A stretch of DNA of 64,000 nt from Eledone cirrhosa. Its lineage: Eukaryota. The notes beneath the pieces were generated by a model. The model saw only the letters and a program-made list of their open reading frames with translations. It was not told where the DNA came from and made no database searches. A program made the translations under genes and the position numbers. Below, in pieces: positions 38,972 to 53,852 of this stretch. The stretch covers positions 50,654,001-50,718,000 of the forward strand of contig OZ024745.1 of NCBI GenBank assembly GCA_964016885.1, in the 5' to 3' direction. Numbering within the stretch: the first letter of the stretch is position 1; each line of letters opens with the position of its first letter.

Positions 38972-40162
38972 TAATGGTTTCTTTCTGTAATGCCATATAT
39001 GTAGGGTTGCTATGAGATAGCAGCAATACACCGAGATCTAGCTTTTGTAGCTACCTTAAGGTTTTTAGTTGTATGTTTTACATGATTATATAGGCTGAGG
39101 TACAATACTTAGTTACTTGATATTTGTAGTGATCGTGTCTTTATGCTGCTGAAAGTGACTAGGTTAAGTTCATATTGAGAGACCTTTTCTGGGTTTCTGC
39201 TAATTGAAGCAGTTATGTCTGACATAAGAGGCTTATGTGAACCAGTGGAACCCAAATTAGTAATAGGTACATGTCACTAAACTATATTTAATATGTTAGA
39301 ATTAGTAGCCACAAACTTGACGCCAGCTCAACTTGCTAGAAGTGGCAGCCAAACCACATCCTACCATCAAAAAACAAACAAAAGCAATAACAACTACTGG
39401 GAAAGTGGAGAGGTAAAGGGATAACAGCTTCATTTATCAAGACTTCATTGTAGTGATTCATTTTGTCTCTCGGCAAGACATTGAATTTTGCGTGTTTTAG
39501 TCATTTGACATAACTAAAAATAAGCAAACTTTCAGAGTGCACACATGTGGATATATGTGTGTATGTGCGTGTGTGCGCATGTGTGTGTAAGAATGGATGT
39601 TTGCAACAGGGGCTTCTAGAATCATATCTATAACGAGATTTTAATAATCGAATGAATGCAATAGTTCTGCAGCTCTACATGAAAAACATTATTAGCACTT
39701 ACAAACTAAGAGCAGAGTTGATAGGATACAAGAAAAGATAAACTGCCCATGGCAGAAATTTAATCAAAAGATTTTGTTAAATAAATGTTCAAAAATTCAC
39801 TGAAAGAACATAATTTGGGCTTCTTATATTGAACTCCGACACAGTTGAACTTCGGAAGATATGATAAATGTTACTACATATTTCTCTAACATACTTTACA
39901 GATATTTGTCCGATTGTAAAATACAATTCATGTCATTACAGTTTACATACGAAGTTCACAATCGAATTTAACAAATATTACTCCGATCAGAATCTCAAAA
40001 AATCAATCAAACAAAACAAAACAAAATCCTAGCATTACAGAAATTATCCTCGTATGGAATGAGCAGCATACAGTGTATTACAGAGACGCAAGTTGTAGAT
40101 AAACAATAATCTGGTTACTACTGAATAACTAAAACTATTAGTTGATATGTTTAGACGATCAC

Positions 40163-40487
40163 ATGTGGATACACATTATAACTGTTTCTACGTTTGGCAC
40201 AAGGCCAGCAATTAGCCCAGTGTATTACTGGTACTTTATTTTATCGACCCCGTAAGGATGAAAGGCAAAGTTAACCTCGGCGAGATTTGAACTCAGAATG
40301 GCAAGGGCCGTAACTCTATACGTCAAAGCATGGCGTCTGTGGATAAACATTATAATTGTTTGGCACAAGGCCAGCAATTATCCTAGTGTATTACTGGTAC
40401 TTTATTTTATCGACCCCGTAAGGATGAAAGGCAAAGTTAACCGTGGCGGGATTTGAACTCAGACCATAAAGGGCCGTAACATTATAA
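40163..40487 (-). mobile_element. Two tandem MetaSINE copies with repeated TSD
   Basis: TGTGGATA(C/A)ACATTATAA at 40163 and 40338; ACATTATAA at 40479. Confidence 0.85.
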
Positions 40488-40779
40488 TGATATAAATTAA
40501 GCATGCCTCACACTAAGCATCAGAATAAAAGTTTCAATTTTCGTTATAAAGAAATATTGAATTTAACAACTGGTATCACATCAAGTAGAAATTAACCTTA
40601 TAAAAATCAGTATGCCTTCTTCTTAGTGTTGAGGCCTTCTTCACATTTTCTTTCCCTAATTTTAACCAAACGTTAATCCTGGAATAAAAACAAATAATAT
40701 TTTAATCAAACATGAGCTATCTGAAGATTCTCTTTACATAAATATATTACATCTGTTACATAGATGTATTTTAAGAGAA

Positions 40780-41072
40780 AAATAATTGTTTCTACTTTTG
40801 GCACAAGGCCAGCAATTATCCAGTGCATTACTGGTACTTTATTTTATCGACACCGTAAGGATGAAAGGCAAAATTAACCTCGGTGGGATTGAACTCAGAA
40901 TGGCAAGGGCTGTAACTCTATGCGTCAAAGCATGTTATCCGACCCTCTACCGATACTGCCAAACCACCTTTATGAGAAAAATAATTGTTTCTACTTTAGG
41001 CACAAGGCCAGCAATTACCCAGTGCATTACTGGTACTTTATTTTATCGACCCCGTAAGGATGAAAGGCAAAG
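40780..41072 (-). mobile_element. Two tandem MetaSINE copies
   Basis: Each unit is preceded by GAGAAAAATAATTG. Confidence 0.85.
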
Positions 41073-41582
41073 TGAAAAAAATAATACCAAGTAATTTGAA
41101 AGCATATTTTCAGAAAGCAAAATGGAGGCTCTTCATTAAAAGGGATCAGAAAGAGTTATCGTACAAAATTTGAACTCAATTTTCTGGGCACAGTTTGCCT
41201 CATATTCAGGTTGAATCAATAAAATAAGAATCTATTATACATTGCCAAAATTAAATTGTGTACTGCTCCTTCTTAGTAGAGGTCAGAAAGAAAAAGTCAT
41301 CTGTCATCTATAAGTAGTCGTAAAAGAGAGAAATAGAAAGGAAATAAAAGAAAATAGAAAAGACAAAAAATAATTATATAATGTGTACAAGCGCCCACAA
41401 CTTCCTGTGTCCAGAGCAAATCTTCTATTCTGCTAAACTGCATTTATAACAATGTCAAGTGAAGTGAATGAGTGAATAATTCTATTGCATATATCCTAAT
41501 AATGAAATGTCGGACAGATAATTAGACGTGATTCGTTTAATTCGTCATCAACAAATTTCATTTACTTTATATATACATACAC

Positions 41583-41584
<2 letters not shown>

Positions 41585-41613
<29 letters not shown>

Positions 41614-41862
41614 TGTATGTATGTATGTATGTATGTATGTATGTATGTATGTATGTATGTATGTATGTATATATGCATGTATACATAAACATACACACAC
41701 CACACACACATATATACATACATATATATATATATATATACATGTATGTAAATATATATGTATATATGTATATATATGTATATATGTATATATATATCTA
41801 TATATATGTATATATGTATATATATATATATGTATATATATATATGTATATATATGTATATG

Positions 41863-41914
<52 letters not shown>

Positions 41915-41944
41915 TGTATATGTATATATATCTCTATAAATATG

Positions 41945-41991
<47 letters not shown>

Positions 41992-42076
41992 GTATATATA
42001 AATGTATGTATATGTATATATAAATATATGTATATGTATATATATATGTATATATATATGTATATATACATATATG

Positions 42077-42154
<78 letters not shown>

Positions 42155-42305
42155 TCATCAAGTCATCTGACTCTTACACAGTAATGAGGAACGATGGATT
42201 TATAAATTGGGGACACAGCATATGTCAAACGATATATTCATCCCTTCTTCACTTTGTTATCTATCCGGCAATCTATCCTAGTCTCCCCCTCTTCTCTCTC
42301 CCTCT

Positions 42306-42337
<32 letters not shown>

Positions 42338-42352
42338 GCTATCTCTCTCTCT

Positions 42353-42400
<48 letters not shown>

Positions 42401-42470
42401 CTCTCTCTCTCTCTCTGTCTCTCTCTTTCTCCCTCTGTCTCCTTCTCTCTCCCTCTCTCTCTCTCTCTCA
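41585..42470. repeat. Compound microsatellite (TATG)n, (TA)n/(TATATG)n, (TC)n
   Basis: Directly visible. It is the source of several spurious long ORFs. Confidence 0.95.
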
Positions 42471-43160
42471 TACTCTCTTTCACACAGAACACACACACAC
42501 AGAAACACACACATACCGAACCCCCACCCATACAAACACAGTTACGAAATTTTTCTGTTGATTCACGCATTAAAACTCTTGCTCTATCAACTAAGCAAAC
42601 ATCCGTTACATACATCTAACTCAATTGCACAGGCAAAAAAGAAGTTGCTTAACGAAAGACAAAAAAAACAAAAAAACTCCCACAAAATATAACTCAAACA
42701 ATAAAAACAATAAAAACTGTGCCAAATAGCTTTTTGTGTTAATAACCTTAATTTTTGAAGATCTTTATTTTATTTTATTAATATATTATTAAGTATTCAG
42801 GAAATCAAAATGTAAAGATTTAACAAGATTGTAAAAGTCTTTGAAGAAGAAAAACAGCGACAACAACAAAATAATAACAACATATCCATGTCGACACAAA
42901 CATACAATCATGCATTTAAACTGTCTCCTTTTTACATACACATACATGCACCTGCACCTACACACACATACACCGACATATACATAGTTAATTATTACGT
43001 CATAAAGTATAGTAACAGGAAGACTAGTTAGTATTTATAGTATGTGTTTATCACATACGCGCACATATCTCTATACACATATATACATACATCACATACA
43101 TATTTATCTTAATACTTATGCGTCTTTGCATACATACATACACGTGTATGTGTATGTATG

Positions 43161-43202
<42 letters not shown>

Positions 43203-43276
43203 CGCGCGTGTGTATGTATGTGTGCACGTGTGTATGTGTGTGTATGTGTGTGCGTGTATATATGTGTGTGTGTGTA

Positions 43277-43376
<100 letters not shown>

Positions 43377-43503
43377 CTAGCAGAAAAGCTGGCATTTCTC
43401 AGGCTCGAAAGTAACTATAGCTCACAATTTTCTTAATGAAAGTTTATTCTGTTTAATATAATTCCAGTAGTTTTCTCGTATAACATTAGATTTTCACGTA
43501 AGA

Positions 43504-44317
43504 AATACAATGACTTCTTACTACGATTAGTCCACTGTCTAATACAATGACTTCTTACTACGATTAGTCCACTGTCTAATACAATGACTTCTTACTACGA
43601 TTAGTCCACTGTCTAATACAATGACTTCTTACTACGATTAGTCCAGTGTCTAATACAATGACTTCTTACTACGATTAGTCTACTGTCTAATACAATGACT
43701 TCTTACTACGATTAGTCTACTGTCTAATACAATGACTTCTTACTGCGATTAGTCCAGTGTCTAATACAATGACTTCTTACTACGATTAGTCCAGTGTCTA
43801 ATACAATGACTTCTTACTACGATTAGTCCAGTGTCTAATACAATGACTTCTTACTACGATTAGTCCACTGTCTAATACAATGACTTCTTACTACGATTAG
43901 TCCAGTGTCTAATACAATGACTTCTTACTACGATTAGTCTACTGTCTAATACAATGACTTCTTACTACGATTAGTCCAGTGTTTAATACAATGACTTCTT
44001 ACTGCGATTAGTCCACTGTCTAATACAATGACTTCTTACTACGATTAGTCCACTGTCTAATACAATGACTTCTTACTACGATTAGTCCACTGTCTAATAC
44101 AATGACTTCTTACTACGATTAGTCCACTGTCTAATACAATGACTTCTTACTACGATTAGTCTACTGTCTAATACAATGACTTCTTACTACGATTAGTCCA
44201 GTGTTTAATACAATGACTTCTTACTGCGATTAGTCCACTGTCTAATACAATGACTTCTTACTACGATTAGTCCACTGTCTAATACAATGACTTCTTACTA
44301 CGATTAGTCCACTGTTT
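43504..44317. repeat. Minisatellite, 22 x 37 bp (AATACAATGACTTCTTACTACGATTAGTCCACTGTCT)
   Basis: Exact 37-bp period from 43504 to 44281. No spacers. Variation is limited to about four positions. Confidence 0.97.
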
Positions 44318-46153
44318 AATATATTGAGCTACAGATGCGGGTTCAGTGGGAATAGCTTATTTCATAAAGAAATTGCGTAAATGTCAGATACATAATTTAT
44401 ATATATAAACTACGAACATTGGTTAAGGTGAAGGGGAAAATAGCATCATTTTGTTTCAAACTAGTATTTAATATTATATCATCTTAAAATATCTTTAAAA
44501 ACGAGTTGAAACCAGAGTATCAGTCAGGAGGTAAATCATTCTTTAAAATGCGCGGAAATCTGAGTGCCCAGAAAAATGACACACCATAAAATATTGGATC
44601 TAGCCAAAGAAGCATTCGTGCTCTCTAGTGTGTATGTCATATACCTTGCCAGTAGCAGAATTAGAATTTATGTCAGGCTGCCCTTCAACAAGGGCGTCTT
44701 TTTTTATTCGTTTCCATTGATTGTTATTTTATATACAGTCAGGCGAAATGAGGCAGCAATGGTTTATTTTAAATGGATCACGAAGACATGAAAAAAGCTG
44801 TAAGCGTTGTGTCCATTGGTTGTTGCAGTTGCGAGGCAGCACTTTCTGGAGTGAAGTAACCTCGTTGGCCATTTCCTTGTCAGCTAGCTTTCACAAATAG
44901 GACAGGCAAAAACATACTAGAAAGCTTCATTGTTGCTGATGCATAGACATGGAATCATTTTGACTGGAGCTAATATTATTTGTTACAAAGATGAAGATGA
45001 GTGCATGGGGAAAACCTTTTTCTACTTCTTTAATGTATCAATATAATACCTGACCGGTGCAAATATTTAGCACTTAGTTGAAGGCGAAAGTAATGAATAG
45101 GTTTGGGCGTCGTAAACGGCGAACATATATCACCGAGATAAGGCTAAACAGAAAGCTCGAGCATCAGGAGATAAGTAAAAGTATTTGATAGTAGTAGATA
45201 AGAAAAAGAGAAATAGATAGTGATAGAGTTAGTGAGTAAGAGATAAAAGAAAATAGAAAAACTAAGAGAGAGAGAAAGGGGGAGGTGGGGGAGAAAGAGT
45301 GAGGGCTAATAACGAAGCAGAAAGGCAAGTTAAATGAAAAAAGAAAGGAATACAAAAAGAAAAAAAGGAAATGAGAAAAGTTAGCAATATTAAAGTAGCA
45401 AGGGTGACAAAGGATTAAGATATAGACAGATTAGGAACAAAAAGAGAAAGGGGGTAAGAGTAGGGGGTGTTAAAAGCATTAGAATATCAACAAATAGAGA
45501 GAAAAAGAGGAAGGCAGGAGATAAAAGGTAAAAGAATGTGATACAGACGAAGTGGGAAAAATATGGAATAAGAGAGAAAAATGAAAGATTAAGAATATAA
45601 AAGAAAGGGAAAGGTAAGTGGGAAAGATAAAAGGTGTTAATTGTATGGGAGAGAGAAGAAAAGAAGAGAAGGAGAGAGAAGAAGAGAGAAGGAGGGAGAA
45701 AGGAAGAGAGAAACACCCAGAGAAGTTAAAATGAATACAGTAGCAGAGAAAAAGCGCAGACATGAAATCGACAGACACTGCAACATTTTCCTTGAGGTGC
45801 AGAAATAGGTAGAAAATTAAGACATAGTGGTTTGGCACTGTGGTGGCATCGGAGAAAAAAAGCAATAGCTACATAAATAAAAAAAGAAGAGAAGGAAATG
45901 AAAGTGTAACAAAATCAGTTTGGTGTTTATCGATGTAAATACATAATCACCGAGATGACTTTGTTTACTGAATATTGTTTTATGAGTATGTATGTTAAGA
46001 GAGTTAAGAAATGTGAATAACGAATAAGAAATTATACTGATGTTATTCATTTTTGTATTTGGCGTGTTGTATATAGTAATATTACGTAAATGTATGTACG
46101 TAAAATATTTCGACAATGTAGGGTGTGATAATTTCTTTACTCAAAAACTGTAA

Positions 46154-47007
46154 TACGAGGGCAACCCCAAAAGTAAGGTCTCCAAAGCGATGTGGACGCA
46201 GAGAAACTGTTCGTACGGCTGTTGGCAACACTGTTGTGATTGGTGCTTCCTTCACTCCCAAACAAGCATGCGCGCGCTTCGCTGGGATGCTCAATCTTGG
46301 CTTGGCAGCCGTTGAGACTGGAGCTCCCGTTGAACGCTAACGCCAAGTGCGAAGTTCGCGCAGTTATTCGGTTTTTGAACGCAAAAGACGTTGAACCGAT
46401 TCAAATTCATCGCCAATTGACGGAAGTGTATAGTCAGTCGTGCATTGATGTCAAAAACGTTCGCAAGTGGTGTAGAGAATTTACAGCCGGTCGTACTGAA
46501 ATTCACGACGAACAAAGGAGCAGGAGACCATCAATTTCCGACGAGACAGTCGCAATTTTTCCGTTAAAATCCTGTGGATGGTGCTTCGGGAAACCTCAGG
46601 AACCAAAATGCAGAGAGCATCCAGAGTGATCCGCCGATCTTTACGCATGTTTTCCTCAACCTTTGCGTCTATCTCGTCGGAAATTAACGGTCTCCCACTC
46701 CTTCGTTCGTCGTGAATTTCAGTACGACCGACTGTAAACTCTCTACACCATTTGCGAACGTTTTTGCCATCCATGCATGACTGTCCATACAATTCCGTCA
46801 ATTGGCGATGAATTTCAATCGGTTCAACGCCTTTTGCGTTAGCGTTCAACGGCTGCCAAGCCAAGATTGAGCATCCCTGCGAAGCGCGCGCATGCTTGTT
46901 TGGGAGTGAAGGAAGCACCAATCACAACAGTATTGCCAACAGCCGTACGAACAGTTTCTCTGCGTCTCCATCGCTTTGGAGACCTTACGTTTGGGATTGC
47001 CCTCGTA
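46154..47007. mobile_element. Fold-back mariner derivative made of two inverted 5' ends
   Basis: TA-CGAGGGCAA...TTGCCCTCG-TA termini. Both arms encode the transposase N-terminal HTH (VRAVIRFL...IHRQLTEVY...VRKWCREF..GR...DE.RSGRP). No DDD domain. Confidence 0.92.
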
Positions 47008-47733
47008 TTTTGCAAAACGTTTTAAATGATTACGTTCTTTTACAATTTTGTAACAAGTTTTCGCTGATCTCAATGCTTTACTCTTCATAATATAAAGGAC
47101 CCAGTCTAACCTACAGTAACGACAACATGCTGCTGATTACGAAATTAAAGCTGACGGTGACGAAATAGAAATTGATGACAACGAGATTGAGGCTCACGAT
47201 GACGAGATTGAGGTTGAAGTTCACGAACCTGAGGTTGATGATGACGAATTTGAAGGCGAAATCCTGTATATAAAAATAATGCCTTGTGGTATTTGTTCCG
47301 ACATTCTATGTTCAAATTCGCCGAACTCAACTTCGCTTTCCACACCATCGTGACATAAAGAAATTCATAAATACGCATTGTGTGCATGTGTTTATAATTG
47401 ACTGGTTATATTTGTGATTTTGTCACTCTTGGGGTAGTTGTCTGTAAACATATGAGTCTTTGAGTCAGTGTTTGTGTAGATATATGCATATCAGTAGTTG
47501 CTAGTCTGAGCGTGTGCCCGAGGGTGTTACCAGGACTGTAAATCCACGTTTGTGAATCGCTGTACATGTTAATTAGTGCACATGATTTAAATCATAAAAC
47601 AAACGTTCTATAACTTCAATTTAGTTTAGCACCCCCCCGCCTTTTCTACATATTCGGCACCCGGTTAACGCCGGGTACGACTGTTATGAAGATACACGCA
47701 TATACACTCACACAAACACGCATACACACACAC

Positions 47734-47776
<43 letters not shown>

Positions 47777-48203
47777 ATATATATATATATATATATATTT
47801 GTGTGTGTGTGTCTTTGTCTATTGACAGTTTTAAGAATGCATGAATCAAATTCCCTCGTACACTCAAGCTTTCTCTATGTATATACATATTTATATACTT
47901 TTAGTTCTTTCTTTTCTTTTTGTATATTTCGAATAATTTCAACAACTCAGCGTGTTTGTTCGTTCCAATGATCTTTGTATATCCTATAAAAATAAAAATA
48001 GAATACTCTCAGTTGCTATAATGTTGTTGAAAAATAATATGGATGGTGAAAAGAAAACGTGTATACTAGAACAGATGGCCAATATCAAGGAAAACATTTT
48101 ATTTGTTGACATATTATTTCAAGAGTTTACAGCTCTCTCTCGCTCGTTCGCTCTCCTTTTCTACTTCTTCCCCTCTCTGTTTCTCTCTCTCCCTCTCTGT
48201 TTC

Positions 48204-48245
<42 letters not shown>

Positions 48246-48832
48246 GACTTCGGAAACTATTAAAAAAAACGTATTATAAATGTAAATGTATTTTCTATAC
48301 AATATTGCAATATTCTCTGGAAAGAATAGCATTTGCATCCAAGTTCGTTCATCATAATCTTATATAATCAACTAATCTTATATAATCAACTAATTAAAAA
48401 TGAGCTGAGGGAAATAACTCAAGTAGGCCAATGCTATTAATTCAGATATTTGTTTTTCTTCTATTTATTCGCTAGGTCTGGCGGAAGGGGCTGTGCCCAT
48501 GACCTTTGCTGTCCCCCCCACCCGAGACCGATGTATTTGGTGCTGTTAATGTTTAGTTTAAATTGGTGCAGGTCAACTCAAGAAGTTATGCACTAAATGG
48601 CGTATGTAAAATGTTCTCAACTCGCAGTTCTATCCGCCCTTGTTCTAGTTTATTAATACCTAAAATAAATATATTCACACAAATTCGCTATATTTTAGAT
48701 AAAATATTTTTAAAAGATTTTGACACCATTTAGCTCCTCAGGGAATGTTGATTTGTTGAGAATTGTTGAATCCAAACATTTCAGAAGATGGTTTGTGTTG
48801 AACCTAATACTAATAACAACAGTAGTAAAATG

Positions 48833-49112
48833 TATTCCACATGCCACCACCATAAATGAAACTTAAGGGTCAGCCCGCCTCGAGGTCCCGGCTGACAGGA
48901 TAGAGAAAACATTGCCCTGGAGGATGGTGAGAGAGACATGTTGAACAGCCATTCCACCTCGTGGTGCTCACACATGCGGGTAGCCAACTCCACTCCTATA
49001 GCAATGAACTGCAAGTGCGAGCCCCACGAGGTAGTGAGGCAGTGTCTTCCCCACACTGTCCACTAGGACCACGAGGCCTTAAGTTTCATTTACGATGGTG
49101 GCATGTGGAATA
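48833..49112. mobile_element. MITE-like element: 36-bp inverted termini around a 208-bp GC-rich core
   Basis: TATTCCACATGCCACCACCATAAATGAAACTTAAGG / CCTTAAGTTTCATTTACGATGGTGGCATGTGGAATA. Confidence 0.7.
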
Positions 49113-49204
49113 AATATATTTAAGCTTATGTTTCTGCCGACGTTCGTAAAAAAAAAATATATATATATAGAACCCAAATTTAAAACTTCCTGGTTAATTG
49201 CCTC

Positions 49205-49730
49205 CCCTCTCTTTAAATAATTGTTTCTACTTTTGGCACAAGGCCAGCAATTACCCAGTGCATTACTGGTACTTTATTTTATCGACCCCGTAAGGATGAA
49301 AGGCAAAGTTAACCTCGGCTGGATTTGAACTCAGATTGGAAAGGGCCGTAACTCTATGCATCAAAGCATGGCGTCCGACCCTCTACCGATACTGCCAATC
49401 CACAACCCTCTCTTTAAATAATTGTTTCTACTTTAGGCACAAGGCCAGCAATTACTCAGTACATTACTGGTACTTTATTTTATCGACCCCGTAAGGATGA
49501 AAGGCAAAGTTAACCTCGGCGGGATTTGAACTCAGACTGTAAAGGGACGTAACTATGCTAGAAAGCATGGCATCCGACTCTCTACCGATACTGCCAATTC
49601 CCCGCCCTCTCATTAAATAATGATTTCTAGTATAGGCACAAGGCCAGTAATTTGGGGGGAGGGGAAAGTCGATTACATCGACCCCAGTACGTTACTGGTG
49701 CTTTATTTTATCAACCCCGTAAGGATGAAA
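49205..49730 (-). mobile_element. Three tandem MetaSINE copies of different subfamilies
   Basis: CCCTCTCTTTAAATAAT at 49205 and 49406, and with one mismatch at 49605. Confidence 0.9.
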
Positions 49731-51268
49731 TTAATATAACTCTAATCAGTAACATTTCCAAATGTCTATAATAACCGTAATTGGAGGTATACAATAGTTT
49801 TGATTTTTCTGTTAGGTGTTAAAATAATAGCATGCAATGAGGCCTGTTTTAGCCACTGAAAGGGGATTACTTTCCTATACAGTCAGATCTGCCCTACGTT
49901 ACCCCTCTGTTCATTGCTTGATTTCATTTTTATTCTTTTTTCCTTTTTTTCTTTTCCTTTCATATTTCCATCAATATTTGCAATGCTATTTATACAACTG
50001 TAAATTGATTATTGTCTGTAATTCTATTAACTTATAAAATAAATAAATCTACTTGATAAAATACTATATACAGTATTTATAGTTGTGAAAAAAGCATTTT
50101 TTAAAGGCGTAGAATGATTAAAAAAAGTGTAGTAACAAGATCCTACGGAAGTAGCTTTATCTCCCGCCCCGTTTCACGAGAACTGGACTATCTAGTGTGA
50201 CTACAAGACCTCAGGACCTTTGATGTCGCTGGTGGAGTAGTTTAAAGGAACAAATGTTCATCGCCACAAGATGTTACCGGATTCTGGGGACCACATTGTT
50301 CGTGCCACTCAGCTAATCATGTTGATATAAAGAAACCGAAGACTGAGAAATGTTGATGAAGTGGCTGAATTCAACGTGGAAATGAAAGGAGTGATAGCAA
50401 TAGCAGAGAAAACACAAGCCACTGGAACTCATACGAAACAACTGGATATCCCATCACAATACTTCCATCCTCGGCCGATATTAAACGATGGGCCGGAGTG
50501 ATACGAGTAGCTTTATGATCAAAGACCTGACTATCCTGTTTATTTTCTAGACATAGTCAATGTAAACAGGATTATATTAGTCAATTTATCATTTCATTAT
50601 TGTAATACAGTCGGATGAGATTTGAGGGAGATTTGATCAGTATTTATAGCTGGTCAAGAAAACTACCCTGAGGCATGGATCTGCAAGTTTCTTTAATAAT
50701 ACTGCTGTTTTGTTCAATCAAATTTCCAAGCCTATTGTTGCTTTCTGTTGTAGAATCGACGAATTTGAGGCATGCCAGACGGACGGCACGACTCCCAATG
50801 CACCTAGGAGCAGAGTAGAGATCAACAGGAGTAGAGATTAACCCCTCCATGTCCGAGGTTGTCAATGTGAGTTACGGCGAAGTCGAATTCCAAGACGCTA
50901 TACTCAGCATCGATCTTCTCCTTACAGGGGCTCGGCTGACCTCTACGGACGCCGTCTGTATTCTAGGTTCTCCAGTCCTCCCGAAAGCTTGGCGCTCAAG
51001 CTCGCAGACCTGATGAGGATAACAGAAGAGAGATTACAGCTCATCAACACTGGTGATCCTGTGAGTGCACAGGTGAAACTTTAGAGTAACAAATCTCACC
51101 AATAGCCGTAATAAATTAATGGTGAATATGTGTGTGTGTGTGTATATATATATATATACAAGATGAATAAATTGGGTATAATACCAGTTTCTTACCAAAT
51201 GCGAAGAAGCTCGATATATTAACCCCTTAGGAAAGGACACAGCCTAATTTTTTAAAATTATATATATA

Positions 51269-51795
<527 letters not shown>

Positions 51796-51923
51796 CCTAA
51801 CTCATCCCATGGACTGAGTACTCTACCACTACGGATATTACCTTCCAGTGTTCTACCACTATATATATCTCTAGAAATAGCCGTCGAAACGGCTTGAGCT
51901 CTGCCGTCGGGGTCATACTTTTT

Positions 51924-52054
<131 letters not shown>

Positions 52055-52214
52055 CACATCAACAAAACATACTTACAGATACACATGTTTCATTCACTAT
52101 ACCAAGATGTATTAGTCAATGAAACATGCGTATATGTAAGCATGTTTTATTCCTGTGCAACATAATTCGTCCTTCGTATACAGTGCTCTACTAAATTTGG
52201 ATATTTAGTACGAA

Positions 52215-52312
<98 letters not shown>

Positions 52313-52315
52313 TCA

Positions 52316-52347
<32 letters not shown>

Positions 52348-52896
52348 TCCTGATGATTTGCTTTGAATGAAACAGTTCTAGTCCTGTATAAGCCATTTCT
52401 ATATTAAACATTTATACCCTACTATATATTGAGTACCTTACTTAGTGTGGTTACGCCCGATTGAACCCGGGATGCACATATCTATGTATCTCTATATATA
52501 TATCTTAAAATAAAGTACCAGTAATACACTAGATATTTGCTGGCCTTGTGCCAAAAGTAGAAACAATTATATATGTATATCTTTCATTCCACATTTATGT
52601 GTTACTCCAAATGCTTTAACACGCTATATCTATTACTATTCCATCTTATCTGTTTTCCCCTCTCTCTCTTTCTTTCACCCCTTCTCTCCCCTTCTTTCTC
52701 TGCTAGACTTTTGAGCGACACTGTGCTTTAAATTAGGGACGGTGGTTTTTTTTGGGGTTTGGTTTCTTTGCCTTTTTACATTTGTTCTTCAGTTTCGTTT
52801 TCACCCAATTCCATTTTTACACACACGCAACTCAACAGACATTAGCACACACACACACATACATGTCTATATATGCACGCATACACACACACACAT

Positions 52897-52927
<31 letters not shown>

Positions 52928-53368
52928 AATGTATATATACACATATACACACCATACATACAAACACCATCACACATACACCATTTGGATATATATATAT
53001 ATATATGCATGCACACATATTTGTGTTCACGCTGATGACTTGCATATTGGAATTTTTGTTCACTTTTCAAACAAACACAGCCTCGAGCAAATCTAGACGA
53101 ACAGAAAAAGGAAGACTTGCTGAAGTTTTTCGAGGCTCTCCCCATTTCTTCTTTTTTCTTTTCTCTTTCATTTTTGTATTTATTTTACATCTTACAGTTC
53201 CTCTGTTCCCTTATCCTTCTTTCTTCGCCTCCCTCTCACGTTCTACCCCTCACCTCAACCTGTCTGTATGTATGTATGTATGTATGTAAGTTTGTATGCA
53301 TGAATTTATGTATGTATGTGTGATGGTGTTTGTATGTATGTGTGTATATGTGTATATATACATTTATG

Positions 53369-53407
<39 letters not shown>

Positions 53408-53544
53408 CAGTGTGTGTGTGTGTGCATGCATGTACGTTTGTATGAATGTATGTATGTACGTACGTATGTATGTATGTATGTATGTATGTATGTATGTATG
53501 TATGTATGTATGTATGTATGTATGTATGTATGTATGTTGGTGTG

Positions 53545-53594
<50 letters not shown>

Positions 53595-53721
53595 CATACA
53601 TATAAACTCACACACATATATATATACTCATTATTTACGGGGTCGATAAAATAAAGTACCAGTAATGTACTGGATATTTGCTGGCCTTGTGCCAAAAGTA
53701 GAAACAATTTTTTGATGATAT

Positions 53722-53762
<41 letters not shown>

Positions 53763-53852
53763 GAAAAAGTTTGTCCTCATCAGTGGCCATCCAACCGTCG
53801 TAGGCATTTCGTCGCATATATTTGTATATATTTGTAAAACTGTTATATATTG

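Noticed and set aside
41528-42619. Long ORFs (up to 267 aa) of YI/CV/HT/LS repeats here and throughout the track
   Set aside because: Stop-free translations of (TA)n, (TG)n, (TATG)n and (TC)n microsatellites.
43504-44317. CRISPR-like array (37-bp period)
   Set aside because: Units are contiguous with no unique spacers, there are no cas genes, and the context is eukaryotic. It is a minisatellite.
50150-50500. Gypsy gag/SCAN-like relic
   Set aside because: Only a vague peptide resemblance, with multiple stops.
52345-52390. CTGATGA...GAAACAGTTCTAGTC hammerhead candidate
   Set aside because: Both boxes are present but stems I and II pair poorly; counted only as degenerate.
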